63,848 nucleotides of DNA, filler included, from Octopus bimaculoides (GCF_001194135.2; 6 parts of 5 records of this genome joined end to end with filler, not necessarily neighbours in it), one strand, 5' to 3'. Shown: positions 24,848-38,664, counted from the whole stretch's first letter. Notes: generated from the letters alone by a model not told the origin. Program-made: numbers and translations.

Positions 24848-26736
24848 TTTTGCATATCTATATGGAATATACATCACATGAGTTGAAGAACCTAGCGATA
24901 CTCCTTAATGAAATTTCATGCATCTAGGAAGTACTTTTAAACAGTAATTTAATTAATAAACTACAGCTTAGTATATTTTGATACGCCTGATATCATTGAA
25001 CCATATAATCATGACAAGCTACTCTTACCGCTGATCAATTTCAATTATTTAAATTATATGTATTTAAATATTTTAAAAACTGTTGTCTCTCATTTGTAAA
25101 ATGTCACGAACAATATGCTTGAGTTAATAACAATTAAATAATCGACATTTCTTCCTCTAGATAAAGATTTTTAATTCCGGTAGTATGTGGTCAGTCGTCA
25201 GATAATTGTTTTTCAATTAATAACAGTTCATTAATATCCAAGACTTAGCAAAAATCTTGCTCTTCTTCAGAACGTGAACCACTTAATTGTTGCTGCTAAT
25301 TTTAGCATTGCAGATGTTGCGTTTTGCAAAAAGAAATTTTAAAAAGCAGCATAAATTTCTGTTTACTCCTCCAATTAAATCATGTTTGTCGAACCATATA
25401 ATTTTATATTCAGTAATGTTTAATTTAACAAATTAAGTATTATTGAATTTAAAATTACTTTATTGAAACTATTCCAACATACATTGTATTATTCATTTAG
25501 AATTTGAATACATAGAATGTAGCTCTTTTATTTACAGTTTCCAAAAAATCTCTGCTGCATCTCCATTTATGAGTCTCAGCTTGCATAATTAAATATTACC
25601 AAATTAAAAGCTTTTTTCGATATTACAAAGATCTTTGTTACTTTTACCTTGCCGAGTGTGCCAGTAATCACTAAGCCAATGTTTGACTGTCAAAACTACT
25701 GATTAAATTCCTTCCAATCGCGTCATCAACATCTGCCCAAGGCGGTCGTTCGACGTGCGAAACTTTGTAAATCACTCCTACTATCTTAAAGATGAAGGGA
25801 AGAGTATTTCTATGTTTGATTACACTATATTTAAATAAGGCAGTATGTTCAAAGCAAGTATGGTTTGCCTTAAAGGTCATCACTTCTGGCGACGAAATAT
25901 CTTTTCGAAATCCCTTCAAAATACACTATTCTAATTGTAAGCGCTTTCCTGTGATTTCTATGCATCTACTGAACTGCGCAATTCACATTCAAACGGTAAC
26001 GAAGTATTCTTTTATAATATTCCATAAATATTATGTACAATTATTATTCTCTATAGAGTTCAAATTAAGCAATCAGCAGTTTGGAGGATATATGTTCACG
26101 CTCAAAATTGAAAACACCATCTGTAAGCGCCTCTTGCAAGCTGCAGCAGACGAAACTTTATTCCAAATATTTTGAGACATTCTATATCCATCAATACATG
26201 AGGTGAACAAAGCGTTCCAATGTATATCCTATTGCCACCACAAATATTAATGTCAAGGATGAAGTTAGATTTTGGTAAGTAATTCTCTAATTGTTCTAAA
26301 GAAGGACGTGAAGTGCAACACGATCACATTTCCGATTCACAAGGTTCTAGAGATTATCGTCTTGCCTAAAACAACGGATGCTGTGGGAAATATTATTTAG
26401 CTCTTACTCCATACACTTTGAAATTAAAATCAAGTGAGATCCTAAATGCCTGTGATACTTGTGAAATTTATGAAATAACAACCATAAAATTAGCTTTAAG
26501 ATGCCGGAATCTAATCTACTGTATACATTACTCAACATATTCGTGGTCTTGTTCTAATTTAGGAAATCAATTACTTCTTATCTCTAGGCATACTGCCAAT
26601 TTCTCAAAAGCAGGAGTTAATAATTTATTATTAATATAAATTTCTATACAGATTCAATTGCAGCGTGGAAGGTGTTTATAAGCCATTTAAAATAACACAC
26701 AAAATCCGTTAGATTCACTTCAACATTTAAATTTAA

Positions 26737-26788
26737 TTTGTCAAAATATTTTCGTCGCTTTGAGACCGCGACCTGTTCACTGACAAAA
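26737..26788 (-). ncRNA. Hammerhead-topology three-way junction with non-canonical core
   Basis: Minus strand TTTGTCA-GTGAACAG-GTCGC[GGTCTCAAA]GCGAC-GAAAATATTT-TGACAAA. Confidence 0.35.
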
Positions 26789-27755
26789 TTCTGTGCTAGA
26801 TTGTTTTCTTTTATACAACATAATTAATCTCTGTAGACTATATAACAACTAAAATTGCAAAAATTGTAATATATCTGGGGGAAATCTGTTTCATGGATAT
26901 TGATTAAGTTTCTTGCTAGGTTTAGCGATATAGACTAAATGATAATGTTTTATTCTAGATGTTACTTAGGTAAGTTATATTCTTCGACGGGTGATATTTT
27001 ACTTCTTTTCTGTCAGTATTAACTTTAAGAAGGACATAAATATTACACATCTCTATTTCTTCATCACCATAGATCTGAAATATAGTTCCTTGTCAGCTAG
27101 AAACCATTATGAATTCGCTTCAACTAAGTGAAAATAAATATTTCAACCTGCATGCTGTTAGAGTTAGAACATCACTTAAAGCTTCCTTCTAAAATACTAC
27201 CAATAAAAATAAGGGAAATCGACTTCGGCTGAGCTGTAAGCTATACTGTGTATTCAATTTATGTTTTCTTTTTAAAAAATTACTATATTATGTCAAGGAA
27301 CAATGTTCCATATATGAAATCAATAGTGACATGTTAGGTTGCAAGATAAAATACGGGTTGATTATATATATATATATATNNNNNNNNNNNNNNNNNNNNN
27401 NNNNNNNNNNNNNNNNNNNNNNNTTAATTAATTAANNNNNNNNNNNNNNNNNNNNNNNNNNNNNNNNNNNNNNNNNNNNAGACAGTACAATTATATCCAT
27501 ACGTGCCCCACTGTAACAGACTAAGTACGTTTGACCAGAAACACAAATTGAGCTGCATGAAAAATTAATAATAGATTTCCAGGAATTATTTAATTTTACT
27601 AATCACTCAGTGCACGTGGCGGCAGATTATCCTTCGGCAAGGGTTATTGTGATTGAACCGTATCAACATATACGAGTCTTACAATGCTGCTAGATGCTTC
27701 TATCCGATTTCCTTGCCTAATTCCATTTATCTTTTTACAAAATAATTTCATAACA

Positions 27756-27789
<34 letters not shown>

Positions 27790-28072
27790 GATAAGGAGAA
27801 TTAGAGAAATTAGCATATAGACATGAATTTACTCAGAGATATTCAAATCAATATCATATGAAATGCGTATTCTTCTTTTTCTCATTCATAAATAATTTAA
27901 GTATCCATATTCATCAATGCAACACGAACGTATATACTTTCTTACTCAACACTGGTAAAAACAGGAGAACAAGGATGCAAACCTCCCTTAAAGGATTATA
28001 TATAGGTTCTTGGTATGACGAAATTTATATATATTTATATATAGGTGTGTGTACGCGTGTGCATGTGTGTGA

Positions 28073-28175
28073 AGGCGCATCGCTCAGTGGTTTTCGAACA
28101 TCGGGCTTGTAATCATAACAGTGAGTTCGTTATCTGGACCGGGCTGTTCTGCCCTGGGTCAAGGCGGTGACCGTT
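28073..28175 (+). mobile_element. SINE family C head
   Basis: GGCGCATCGCTCAGTGG...GTGAGTTCGTTATC tRNA-like A/B boxes. Confidence 0.55.
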
Positions 28176-28244
28176 GGAAGGCTCTTTATCTGGTAATAGA
28201 ACTCTGAATCATGCCTAATAAGCAGTAGAAACCAGTCATGACTG

Positions 28245-28621
28245 ACAGATAATTTCTGCGACCGCATCGCCTCTACGATCTGGCCACCTAACTCTCCACA
28301 CTGTAAACCCTTGATTATAATTGTCGGGTTGTTGTTGACCGAGAGACCTAGAAAAGTTTTTGTAGCACCACAGATGAACTGAAGGCAAGGGTTATGGCAG
28401 CATTCAACAATTTAAACAAGGGAACCGTCCAGAAGAGATTCCGAAGTCTTCTGGAGGCTGTGGTTGAAACGAATGGCGATTATATTGAATAAATTTACTC
28501 TTTTAGCATTTGAAGATATTTTCATGTAATTTTGGTGAATATGTCTGTTAAAATGAGATGTCACTGTTTTTTTTTGGTTATTTTTGCGTAATTTGGACGA
28601 CATTATATTCACCACACCCTG
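28245..28621 (+). mobile_element. Tc1/mariner (maT/DD37D-like) transposase C-terminus plus 3' TIR
   Basis: IWPPNSPHCKP/(frameshift)DY (WPPNSPDLNPLDY motif) and DELKARVMAAFNNLNKGTVQKRFRSLLEAVVETNGDYIE*; ends caccacaccctg followed by TA. Confidence 0.85.
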
Positions 28622-28851
28622 TATGTGTGTGTGTGTTTGTGCGTCTGTGAGTGTGATTTTATGCGTGTGTTTGTGTGTGTGATTGTATGCGTGTGTTTGT
28701 GTGTGTGATTGTATGCGTGTGTTTGTGTGTGTGTGTATAGATGATTAGATAGATAGATGATAGATAGATAGATAGATAGATAGATAGCTCTGCGTGTGTG
28801 TGTGTATGTATACACGTATTCAACACAAAAGTTTATTGTGCATCTGTATAC

Positions 28852-28885
<34 letters not shown>

Positions 28886-29158
28886 TTACATACATCTATA
28901 CATAATAAATGCATATATATATATATGCACACACACAGACGCACATAGACATTCACAGACAGACACGCGCACGCACACACACACATATATATANNNNNNN
29001 NNNNNNNNNNNNNNNNNNNNNNNNNNNNNNNNNNNNNNNNNNNNNNNNNNNNNNNNNNNNNNNNNNNNNNNNNNNNNNNNNNNNNNNNNNNNNNNNNNNN
29101 NNNNNNNNNNNNNNNNNNNNNNNNNNNNNNNNNNNNNNNNNNNNNNNNNNNNNNNNNN

Positions 29159-29202
<44 letters not shown>

Positions 29203-29850
29203 TTACATACATCTATACATAATAAATGCATATATATATATATGCACACACACAGACACACATAGACATTCACAGACAGACACGCGCACGCACACACACA
29301 CATATATATATATATATTCCTGTATGCACCACTTCATCATTTCAACCGGTTTAGTATTGTATCTTACATCTTTTACTAGCAACTCCAATTTATTTCCTTT
29401 GAAAAGCCCTTCCCAGGTTGTCACTTTGAACTTATTACCTGTTACCATTGTACCGTGCATGTATTGCTCTATTCTCTCACTCTGTTTTTCACATTCGTTA
29501 TACCTCTCTACAATTAACTCAACACATATTTATACAACGTCGACGTGTGTAGGTTGAACCATTCGAAATAGGAATGTTACGAAATTGATTCACCAGAAGA
29601 ATACATCTACAGCTAAAAGAGAGTAACTTCTGATGGTGTTCACATGGATCTCCGTTGATGAATAACATGCATACTTTCAGCATATTCCATGTATAGCAGT
29701 TGCTGCAGAGAAACAGCTGCCATCATGTAATATTTTAAGATTCAACACATGGAGAGATATGAACGTACAATTAAGAATACATTTATTCATACAGCTATAA
29801 GTCCAATATCTTTGTACACATAAATACCTACATATATGTGTGTGTGTATG

Positions 29851-29960
<110 letters not shown>

Positions 29961-30722
29961 NNNNNNNNNNNNNNNNNNNNNNNNNNNNNNNNNNNNNNNN
30001 NNNNNNNNNNNNNNNNNNNNNNNNNNNNNNNNNNNNNNNNNNNNNNNNNNNNNNNNNNNNNNNNNNNNNNNNNNNNNNNNNNNNNNNNNNNNNNNNNNNN
30101 NNNNNNNNNNNNNNNNNNNNNNNNNNNNNNNNNNNNNNNNNNNNNNNNNNNNNNNNNNNNNNNNNNNNNNNNNNNNNNNNNNNNNNNNNNNNNNNNNNNN
30201 NNNNNNNNNNNNNNNNNNNNNNNNNNNNNNNNNNNNNNNNNNNNNNNNNNNNNNNNNNNNNNNNNNNNNNTATATATATATATATATAGCCACTCTCTTT
30301 CCTCCTACATATGCACTTACATTTGTGCAATTCTCTATCTATCTATGCTTGTAAGCTTTATACATAGGAATATGCATAAATTTTAAACGCGTTTCAGTAA
30401 GTCATTTCGGAGTTTGACAGCACTTTTCTTTTCAGTTTTGTTTCTTTTAACTCGCATCCTTTTAAAATATAACCGTATTTTTGCATTCATGTACCTACAG
30501 CTAACTATATCTCGTCTCTGATATATACACGTCTTGTAATATTAATATATATATTTTCATATGCTCTATTCTAAGTATTTCATTGAGTTATTTATATTGG
30601 TTTACATTTCTTTCTTTTGATTTCGTAACTGCGTGGGTTTTTCAGTATACAGATATTTACACCAACCTGTCTGTTCATGCGCTTCCGTGAGTGCGTTAGA
30701 GTGTTGTGTATGTGCGTGTACA

Positions 30723-30806
<84 letters not shown>

Positions 30807-31221
30807 ATTATGTGTCTTTGCGCGTGTGTGTGAAATTATGTTTGTGTGTGGTTAATTTTTTCAATTCGTGCGGAGAAATTTCACACGAATGGTTCCGAAT
30901 TTGTGTGCGTGTATTTTAAACATGGATTGCACATGTCTGTAATATTTTTATAGATGTATACGAGTTTGCGCTTTGGACTTGTGCTTACACACACATACAC
31001 ACATACACACACATATTCACACGCACATATACATACACACGCACGCACAAAGAGAGAGATACTCGCACATACATATTTTACGGGTATGCTATATGTGTCT
31101 GCAGCATGTATATGTCTATATGGACATATAGAGATTGATGTAAGTATTCACACTCTTGAAGACATATCTATATCTATAGCTATCTCTCTCCCCCTCCCTC
31201 CCTATATATATGTGTATATAT

Positions 31222-31277
<56 letters not shown>

Positions 31278-31609
31278 GCACGTGTGTGTGTATGTGTAGC
31301 TGTGTGGGTGTGTGTATGCGTGTACGTATGCACAACCGATTCCATTTTTTACATTACGTTACTGATTTTAAAATTTCAAAATGTCTTCAAGTGCTATTGA
31401 ATATATTTTTTTTAATATATATTTTTACTCTTTCCATTTCATGTGACATATAAGCACCATCGCGTTTATCTCTTTTAGTTGGTTTACCAACAATTTCATA
31501 AGTTGTCACTGAAACAGCTATCTCAGCTCATATATTACATGCGTGTATGTTGATATGCGTGTATTAGACTACTACAGGTGTTTGCGAAAGGCGGAAAAAA
31601 TTGGTTCCA

Positions 31610-31661
31610 TTCCGTGACTGGAACCGAGATTCCAGTTACACGCCATCGACTTACACACGGC
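31610..31661 (-). pseudogene. Degenerate tRNA-His-like remnant
   Basis: Minus strand GCCGTG...AATCTCGGTTCCAGTCACGGAA resembles the ends of tRNA-His; TTTTTT about 9 nt downstream; only 52 nt, no D arm. Confidence 0.2.
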
Positions 31662-32220
31662 ATTCGAATTTCTTAATTTCTTTCCGATTGCCAGTAAATT
31701 CTAATATACTTAATGTATTAGAACTTAGCCCTCCAAAAATAAAAAGAAAATTAATAATTTAATTAATTAATAGTGTTTACATATGTATCGAGGCGTAAAA
31801 TCCTTTGATTCAATTATTTATTTATACAATTAAAAGTTGAAACAACACGTTCAAAATGTAATTGCGGAAGATTGATTTTAAAAATATGACATGAGAAATT
31901 CAGTGCAAAATATTACGTAAATTGTGGGATCCCAATATTGACCGGTGCAATTTCAATAAGTTCTGGGTGTCTTCGACGTCTTCCGTGGGATTCAATTTCA
32001 CCATCAGTTCTATATACGAAGAGATTCTCTACAGTTTCCGTTGATCACCTTAATTTAGAATTTATTGGTAGGTTTCAGGTTATTGTATAAGTTTTTATTT
32101 TATCCCGCCGTGAAGCAAAGGGGGATTGAACCCAAAACCACAAACTTGAAACAGCGAGCTTCTTAACCAAACAGTCATATAAAAATTATAAGCGCGCGCA
32201 CACACATGCGCATACACACT

Positions 32221-32355
32221 TTTTGTCGTTTCGCCGTAAATTCAAATTCTTCAGCGGTCGACTTTACCTTTCATCATTTCGGAATCGATAAAATGAGAAC
32301 CAGTTGAATATGGCCTCAATGCAATCGACTTACCCCTTCACCCGAAATTGATAGC
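32221..32355 (+). mobile_element. SINE family A body
   Basis: AATTCAAATTCTTCAGCGGTCGACTTTACCTTTCATC...TCGATAAAATGAGAACCAGT. Confidence 0.65.
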
Positions 32356-33859
32356 CTTTTGCCGAAATTTTAAATAATTTTTTTTTTTTACTTTAGTTAA
32401 AGATTACGAAATAAGGAAAGAGAAATTTGATTAAGGACGGATACGAACTTAGAGAATAACGTTTTGCAACAATTACTTCAAAGTATATGACCTACCCACA
32501 AACGATGATGTCGATTCGCCGCAAACAATTTCAGTGCTAATGCACTTAGTGTTGCTCATGGCATAAAATTCGTAATTAAGCAAAGTTCACTTTGCAGGTA
32601 AATTTGAAGAGGGGTGGTGTATGTGAAAGATAGCCTCAATGACTAATGCTAATCTTAAGAGGTCCATGCAAAAGGGGTGATAATTCTGCAGTTTGAATTA
32701 ATTTAAATTTCAATAAACGCATGCAATGAAGAGATTAAAATATTAGCTTGAGGACTAAATGTTAATTTAATTTGATCTTTAGTAAGCACGGATTTAATTT
32801 CCTTGAGTCAGTATTTCAAACGCTATAATCTGCTTAGAATTCAATATTTTCGTCAGGCACTTTACAAACAACTCTACTGTTTAAACAATCAGAGCTCTGC
32901 TAAATAGAAATCTAGTGAAGTTGTTGTTGACATAGCCATTGTTGATGCTGTTGGTGTCGTTGCTGCTACTACTACTACTACTACTACTACTGCTACTGCT
33001 GCTATTATTGCTATTGTTCCTTTTTCTATGGTTAGTTCCTTTCGATCTGACTTATGATAAATAGCGCTCCATTCCTGACCATCTAATCTTGTAAGACATG
33101 AACAAGCGGAAGTTTCCCGGGGGTAGATATTTTGGTAATAACCTATTTGGACTAGTGGACAGTGTGGAAGAAATGGTCCCGTCTCATTAATAATGGCGTA
33201 GCAGGGTGAGTTGAGTGGCTCGCGAGTGCCTCATACTTCAGCTTAAGAGATTAGGCAACTTCGAGAACCACAGATCAATGATAGTAACGATAGAAAAGAC
33301 AGAGAAAGAAAGATAAAGATGGAGTGAGACAGAAAAACAGAGAGACAGACAGAGTATATCTTGTAACCATTTTATTTTCTTTAAATGATTGTGCAAAGAT
33401 AATTCCTCGTTGACTCAGTTTTAATCTCATAAGCGATGAAAAACAAAATATACGACCGCAATTTATATATCCATTATATTTATTTAAAGTATAGTCATTT
33501 AATTAAGTAATTTTCCACCGGCTCTCATGCCTCGGTTATGTAGGTGAAATCGGAATGTTTTACACTCTGTTTTGATTTTGTGATAGGAGACCTTATTGTC
33601 ATCACAGCGTTTGAAAAAGAAATCCTGATCTGTGCTGATCCACCTTCTGAGGGATACACCAAGTGTACCAGACTGCACCAATATGAAGTCACACCTCTCT
33701 TTTCTTATGTTCTATATTTTACCAAATGTAAAGGGGTGTGGATTAAGGGTTAGAATATTCGGTTCACGATTGTAATTGACGAAGATCTATATCCAAATAG
33801 GTGGCTTTTTATCTCAAGAGTAATTTATTTTTCTAATTAATCGTTAAGGCAATAATCAT

Positions 33860-33992
33860 GGCAAGCTGGCAGAGTCGTTAGCGCGCCGGACAAAATACTT
33901 GGTGGCATTTCGCCCGTTTTTATATTCTGAGCTCAAATTCTGCACAGTTTAACTTCGCCTGTCAACCTTTCGGTGTCGATAAAATGAATAAT
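33860..33992 (+). mobile_element. SINE family A (3'-truncated)
   Basis: GGCAAGCTGGCAGAGTCGTTAGCGCGCCGGAC head. Confidence 0.75.
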
Positions 33993-34009
33993 ATTTGAGC
34001 AACGAAGTT

Positions 34010-34745
34010 GAATCTATTTTAAAACGGGGGCAACATTTTTCATTAATGTTTTACGTAGTGTTTTTGGTACGGAAAGACTTTCAAACTTCGTATACTTATC
34101 TATTTTGTGTTATAGAACAGAAAAATATTTTTCTATTCGAATTTATTTCATGTAAAAAATTGTCTTATTTCGATAATTTCAACCAATCACTGACAAGTAT
34201 TCAGTTGTTTACATTTACTTCTTTGGCTGATTAAGCGATGTAAAGCTTATTTAATCTCCGTACCTTCGTTTTATTTGCTTTTTTCATTTTAAATTTGCTT
34301 TNNNNNNNNNNNNNNNNNNNNNNNNNNNNNNNNNNNNNNNNNNNNNNNNNNNNNNNNNNNNNNNNNNNNNNNNNNNNNNNNNNNNNNNNNNNNNNNNNNN
34401 NNNNNNNNNNNNNNNNNNNNNNNNNNNNNNNNNNNNNNNNNNNNNNNNNNNNNNNNNNNNNNNNNTTAGGGTTAGGGTTAGGGTTAGGGTTAGGGTTAGG
34501 GTTAATTGTTTCAGAATCGTTTGTTTATGTAGTCGGCACTTAATGTATATCGGCTGAATGGACGTCAGTGATTGGTTGAAATTACAGAAATATGACAACT
34601 TTAACATGGAATAACTTATGGATTTCTTTTTTTTTTAAAGAAGACTAAGAGAAAAAGATGTTTTATATGACACATTCTACCAGTGTTCCAAGTTTCAAAG
34701 TGTTTCGTTAATGAAAAATGTGGCCCCCGTTTTAAAAAATGATCC
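34010..34745. mobile_element. Foldback/MITE-like element with ~190 bp inverted arms around telomeric repeat
   Basis: TTTTAAAACGGGGGCAACATTTTTCATTAA versus TTAATGAAAAATGTGGCCCCCGTTTTAAAA, and TAATTTCAACCAATCACTGAC versus GTCAGTGATTGGTTGAAATTA. Confidence 0.7.
34466..34504 (+). repeat. Interstitial telomeric repeat (TTAGGG)6+
   Basis: Directly visible; runs into a gap, so true length is unknown. Confidence 0.95.
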
Positions 34746-35327
34746 ACAAAGTTGATATAATCGACATGACCCGACCTTCAAAATTTGCTGCTTTTGTGCC
34801 GGAATATAAAACCACTTTTTAGGATAGTAACTTGAGAGGCACTTCGTTTCTTTTACTAGCTGGTCGAATCAGCACGCAGATGACCCTTCCGTGGCTTCGC
34901 TAAATATATTAATGATTCAACTTTACGGTCTCTTATGAGAAAAGCTATAATGTCACATAACTGAGATGTTAGTCTACGGAGAAACACGTTATCTAACGTC
35001 GGCCTGACATTGACAAGTCTGACTGTCGTTCACAGACAAGTAAATCGACAATGTCAGATGAGATTCGATAAGTCCAAATGTAGTGTAATAGAGCTAATCA
35101 ATCAAGTATTGCTGATTATGCGATAATACTATTTCCTATTTAATTACGTCTGCAACACATATTCTAATATTTCGTCTTGCCGACACTGCGTAAATCTGCC
35201 AGCGATCGGCTTAGTGATGCATAACTCATATCATGATTTTCTTAGACAACTATGAAGGGTAAAGACACAATTGAAACATACATACATGCATATACATACA
35301 GTATATACACACGCATATATAGGAATA

Positions 35328-35365
<38 letters not shown>

Positions 35366-36096
35366 NNNNNNNNNNNNNNNNNNNNNNNNNNNNNNNNNNN
35401 NNNNNNNNNNNNNNNNNNNNNNNNNNNNNNNNNNNNNNNNNNNNNNNNNNNNNNNNNNNNNNNNNNNNNNNNNNNNNNNNNNNNNNNNNNNNNNNNNNNN
35501 NNNNNNNNNNNNNNNNNNNNNNNNNNNNNNNNNNNNNNNNNNNNNNNNNNNNNNNNNNNNNNNNNNNNNNNNNNNNNNNNNNNNNNNNNNNNNNNNNNNN
35601 NNNNNNNNNNNNNNNNNNNNNNNNNNNNNNNNNNNNNNNNNNNNNNNNNNNNNNNNNNNNNNNNNNNNNNNNNNNNNNNNNNNNNNNNNNNNNNNNNNNN
35701 NNNNNNNNNNNNNNNNNNNNNNNNNNNNNNNNNNNNNNNNNNNNNNNNNNNNNNNNNNNNNNNNNNNNNNNNNNNNNNNNNNNNNNNNNNNNNNNNNNNN
35801 NNNNNNNNNNNNNNNNNNNNNNNNNNNNNNNNNNNNNNNNNNNNNNNNNNNNNNNNNNNNNNNNNNNNNNNNNNNNNNNNNNNNNNNNNNNNNNNNNNNN
35901 NNNNNNNNNNNNNNNNNNNNNNNNNNNNNNNNNNNNNNNNNNNNNNNNNNNNNNNNNNNNNNNNNNNNNNNNNNNNNNNNNNNNNNNNNNNNNNNNNNNN
36001 NNNNNNNNNNNNATATATATATATATATACACAACTCTGTGCGTGAGCACGCGTGTGGGTGCGCGCGTTTTTGTGTGCCCGTGTTTGTCTACACAT

Positions 36097-36131
<35 letters not shown>

Positions 36132-37244
36132 CGCACAAAGTAGATACTGAGAGATAGAAAAAGACAAGAGATAATAGATAAAAAAACAATTATATGACAA
36201 ATTTATATCAAGAAAGAAAAAGAAAATGATTTAACGACCATATAAAGAGGAGGCCGTGTTAAATAAAGGAAGATTTAAATATGAGGATACGGAGGAAAAT
36301 TAGGGGCCAGAGGAACGGGCAGGGGTAGATAAGAACAATTGCGTTGGGAATAGGGTATAGAGTTAAGGACATTAATTATAATGATGATAATAAAGCGGTG
36401 AAAGTTGGGGATGAGAAAAGGTTAACAAAGCGGGGGAGCGATTCATTAGCAACAGAACTGCAAGATATACGATATGGATTTTATGGAGTGGAAGTGGCTC
36501 AGATTGCTTGATTGATTCCTGGAATGGAGCCATCTATTACGCAGACTCAAACTTCATCTTAATCAACTGTAAACGATGGAACATTAAATAAGTTCCGAAC
36601 ATTTTCTAATTTCGATGTAAATTTTACATCGCAATGCTTCTGAATTTTATTAAGAAAATTTAAGAATTAAATCGTAAATACGAAAGTTATGTTAATGCGA
36701 TTTGTTGAGCTTCAACTAATTTTCCTTACTGCATACACTTTAAACGTTGCCAAATTGCAAGGTTTATATTTAATTAAATTGTCACATGGATTTAGATGAA
36801 GATCCAAATATATTTATGGTTTCTATAGAAGGGATCGTATGGATTAATTTGATCACCAGCGACACTAGCCTTAGATGTCTTTTAGTGAGAGGGATTTTCA
36901 TTGACGCTGTAGGCAAGATACTTTAGAGTAATTATTTAAATATTCACGCTTCAATAAACACATCGTATTTCCTTGCTGGCACATGAAACATTACTGTGTG
37001 AGGGTTATTTTATGTGGAGTGGATGCTCGATCTGCTAAAGATAGCTGCCAAATAATTCTCACTTCACACAATCATCCAACACATAGGCTACGGTCCTCCT
37101 TGCCAAAATATCAGCTCTTCGGAATTACTAGCTTTCCGGGTACCGGAAGGTTAAGGGATCGTTCTCACAGATTCACGCTGGCCTCCGTAGGCTCTCATAT
37201 CTGTCGCAGATATATCTTTTCTACTCTAGACAGAAGGTCTGAAA

Positions 37245-37340
37245 TTTTTAGATCGACCCCAGTACGCAACTGGTGCTTATGTTATCGTCCTCGAAAGGAT
37301 GAAAAGCAAAGTCGACCTCGGCAGAATTTGAACTCAGAAC
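37245..37340 (-). mobile_element. SINE family A fragment
   Basis: GCAAAGTCGACCTCGGCAGAATTTGAACTCAGAAC. Confidence 0.7.
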
Positions 37341-37879
37341 CTAAAAGAGAGAATAGGTGAACACCGATTATTGAACTAATAGAAATAGCAATTATTATTT
37401 GTATCAAAGAAAGGGCACATTAAAATGTTTGGCTAGAAGACACCTTGGTAAAGGCTACGACAGATATATCTTCAAAGATTAGTCTTATTAATCTCTATCA
37501 ATCTTGGCTTAAAATAGCAGCTGTATACGGTAGAAGTAAACACATATCTGATGTATTACGACACACCGTCATAGAATGGAAAAGGAGACAATGATCTCGT
37601 CATTTTCAACATATAAAACTTGCTTGTTTCAGAAAGCAGTCATTCATCACCGATTCTGACCTTTCTAAATTTTAATATCAAATATTCTACTCTTATTTCA
37701 TGTCCTAAATATTGATTAAATGTGTGAAAGGAAACAGTATCTTAATTTTGGTGTGCGATGACTATCATATATCCGTGGGTTGACTAGGCACCCTGCTGTG
37801 AATTTTTAGCAAGTCAATTCAATCCATGCTTATCCAGTTTACACACCTGAAAAGAACTACATGTTGAACGCTGACATAT

Positions 37880-38138
37880 CTGTCTCTCTCATTCTTTTTC
37901 TCTCACTCTCTCTTTGTCCATCTGTCTCTTTCTCTCTCTCACTCTGTTTTCCACTCAATCTCTTTTTCATTCCCTTTCTCTTTTTCTCACTCACTCACGC
38001 GTGTTCTCTCGTGTTCTCTGTCTCTCTCGGTCTAACTCACTTTCTCTCTATGTCTCTCTCACTCTCTATTCACACTTCCTCTGTCTGTGAGTCTTTCCTA
38101 CTCCCTCTCCCTCTCTATTTCTCTTTCTCTTTTCCTTG

Positions 38139-38171
<33 letters not shown>

Positions 38172-38260
38172 GCTCTCTCTCTCTCTGTTTCTCTTTCTCT
38201 CACACACTTTCTCTCAGTCCATCTGTCACATCACTCTCTCTCTCTCTCTCTCTCTTTCTC
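37880..38260. repeat. Degenerate (CT)n polypyrimidine tract
   Basis: Directly visible; source of the poly-SL ORFs. Confidence 0.9.
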
Positions 38261-38664
38261 TTTAGCTATCTATCAATCTCCCTGCCGACCTCTCTACTTC
38301 CAGATGGGAATCACTCAATCTTGCAGTGAAAAGTGGTGGATGGTATGGTATTGATAGTATATCTATATCTGCTCGCAATTACATTTTCAAAACGAAAACA
38401 ATAGCGAAAGCGTGATTCACACTACCATGTACTCCGTATCCTGACACAATTGTTCATGACCTGCACAAAGTATTAACGGCGTTTCTACCGGTTTTCTTTT
38501 CTTAGTTCAAATTCCAAAGACACCTACTTTATCTTTCATCCTCACAGGGTCGATGAAATAAGAAGCAGTTGGTTGCAGAGAATGTAAATGCATAATCTCC
38601 GCCCACCCTCACAAAAAACGCAAAAACTCCAGTTCTTATACTTATAGCACAAATGTGCTTAACG

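Noticed and set aside
28830-29318. Near-identical ~160 bp segments on both sides of the gap at 28994-29158
   Set aside because: Microsatellite-rich and flanking a gap; most likely an unmerged overlap or allelic duplicate
33575-33753. Exon-like GDLIVITAFEKEILICADPPSEGY after a ttgtgatag acceptor
   Set aside because: Weak donors and no recognisable family; an equally plausible ORF lies on the other strand
34466-34504. True chromosome end
   Set aside because: The repeat is internal, short as assembled, and enclosed by inverted arms
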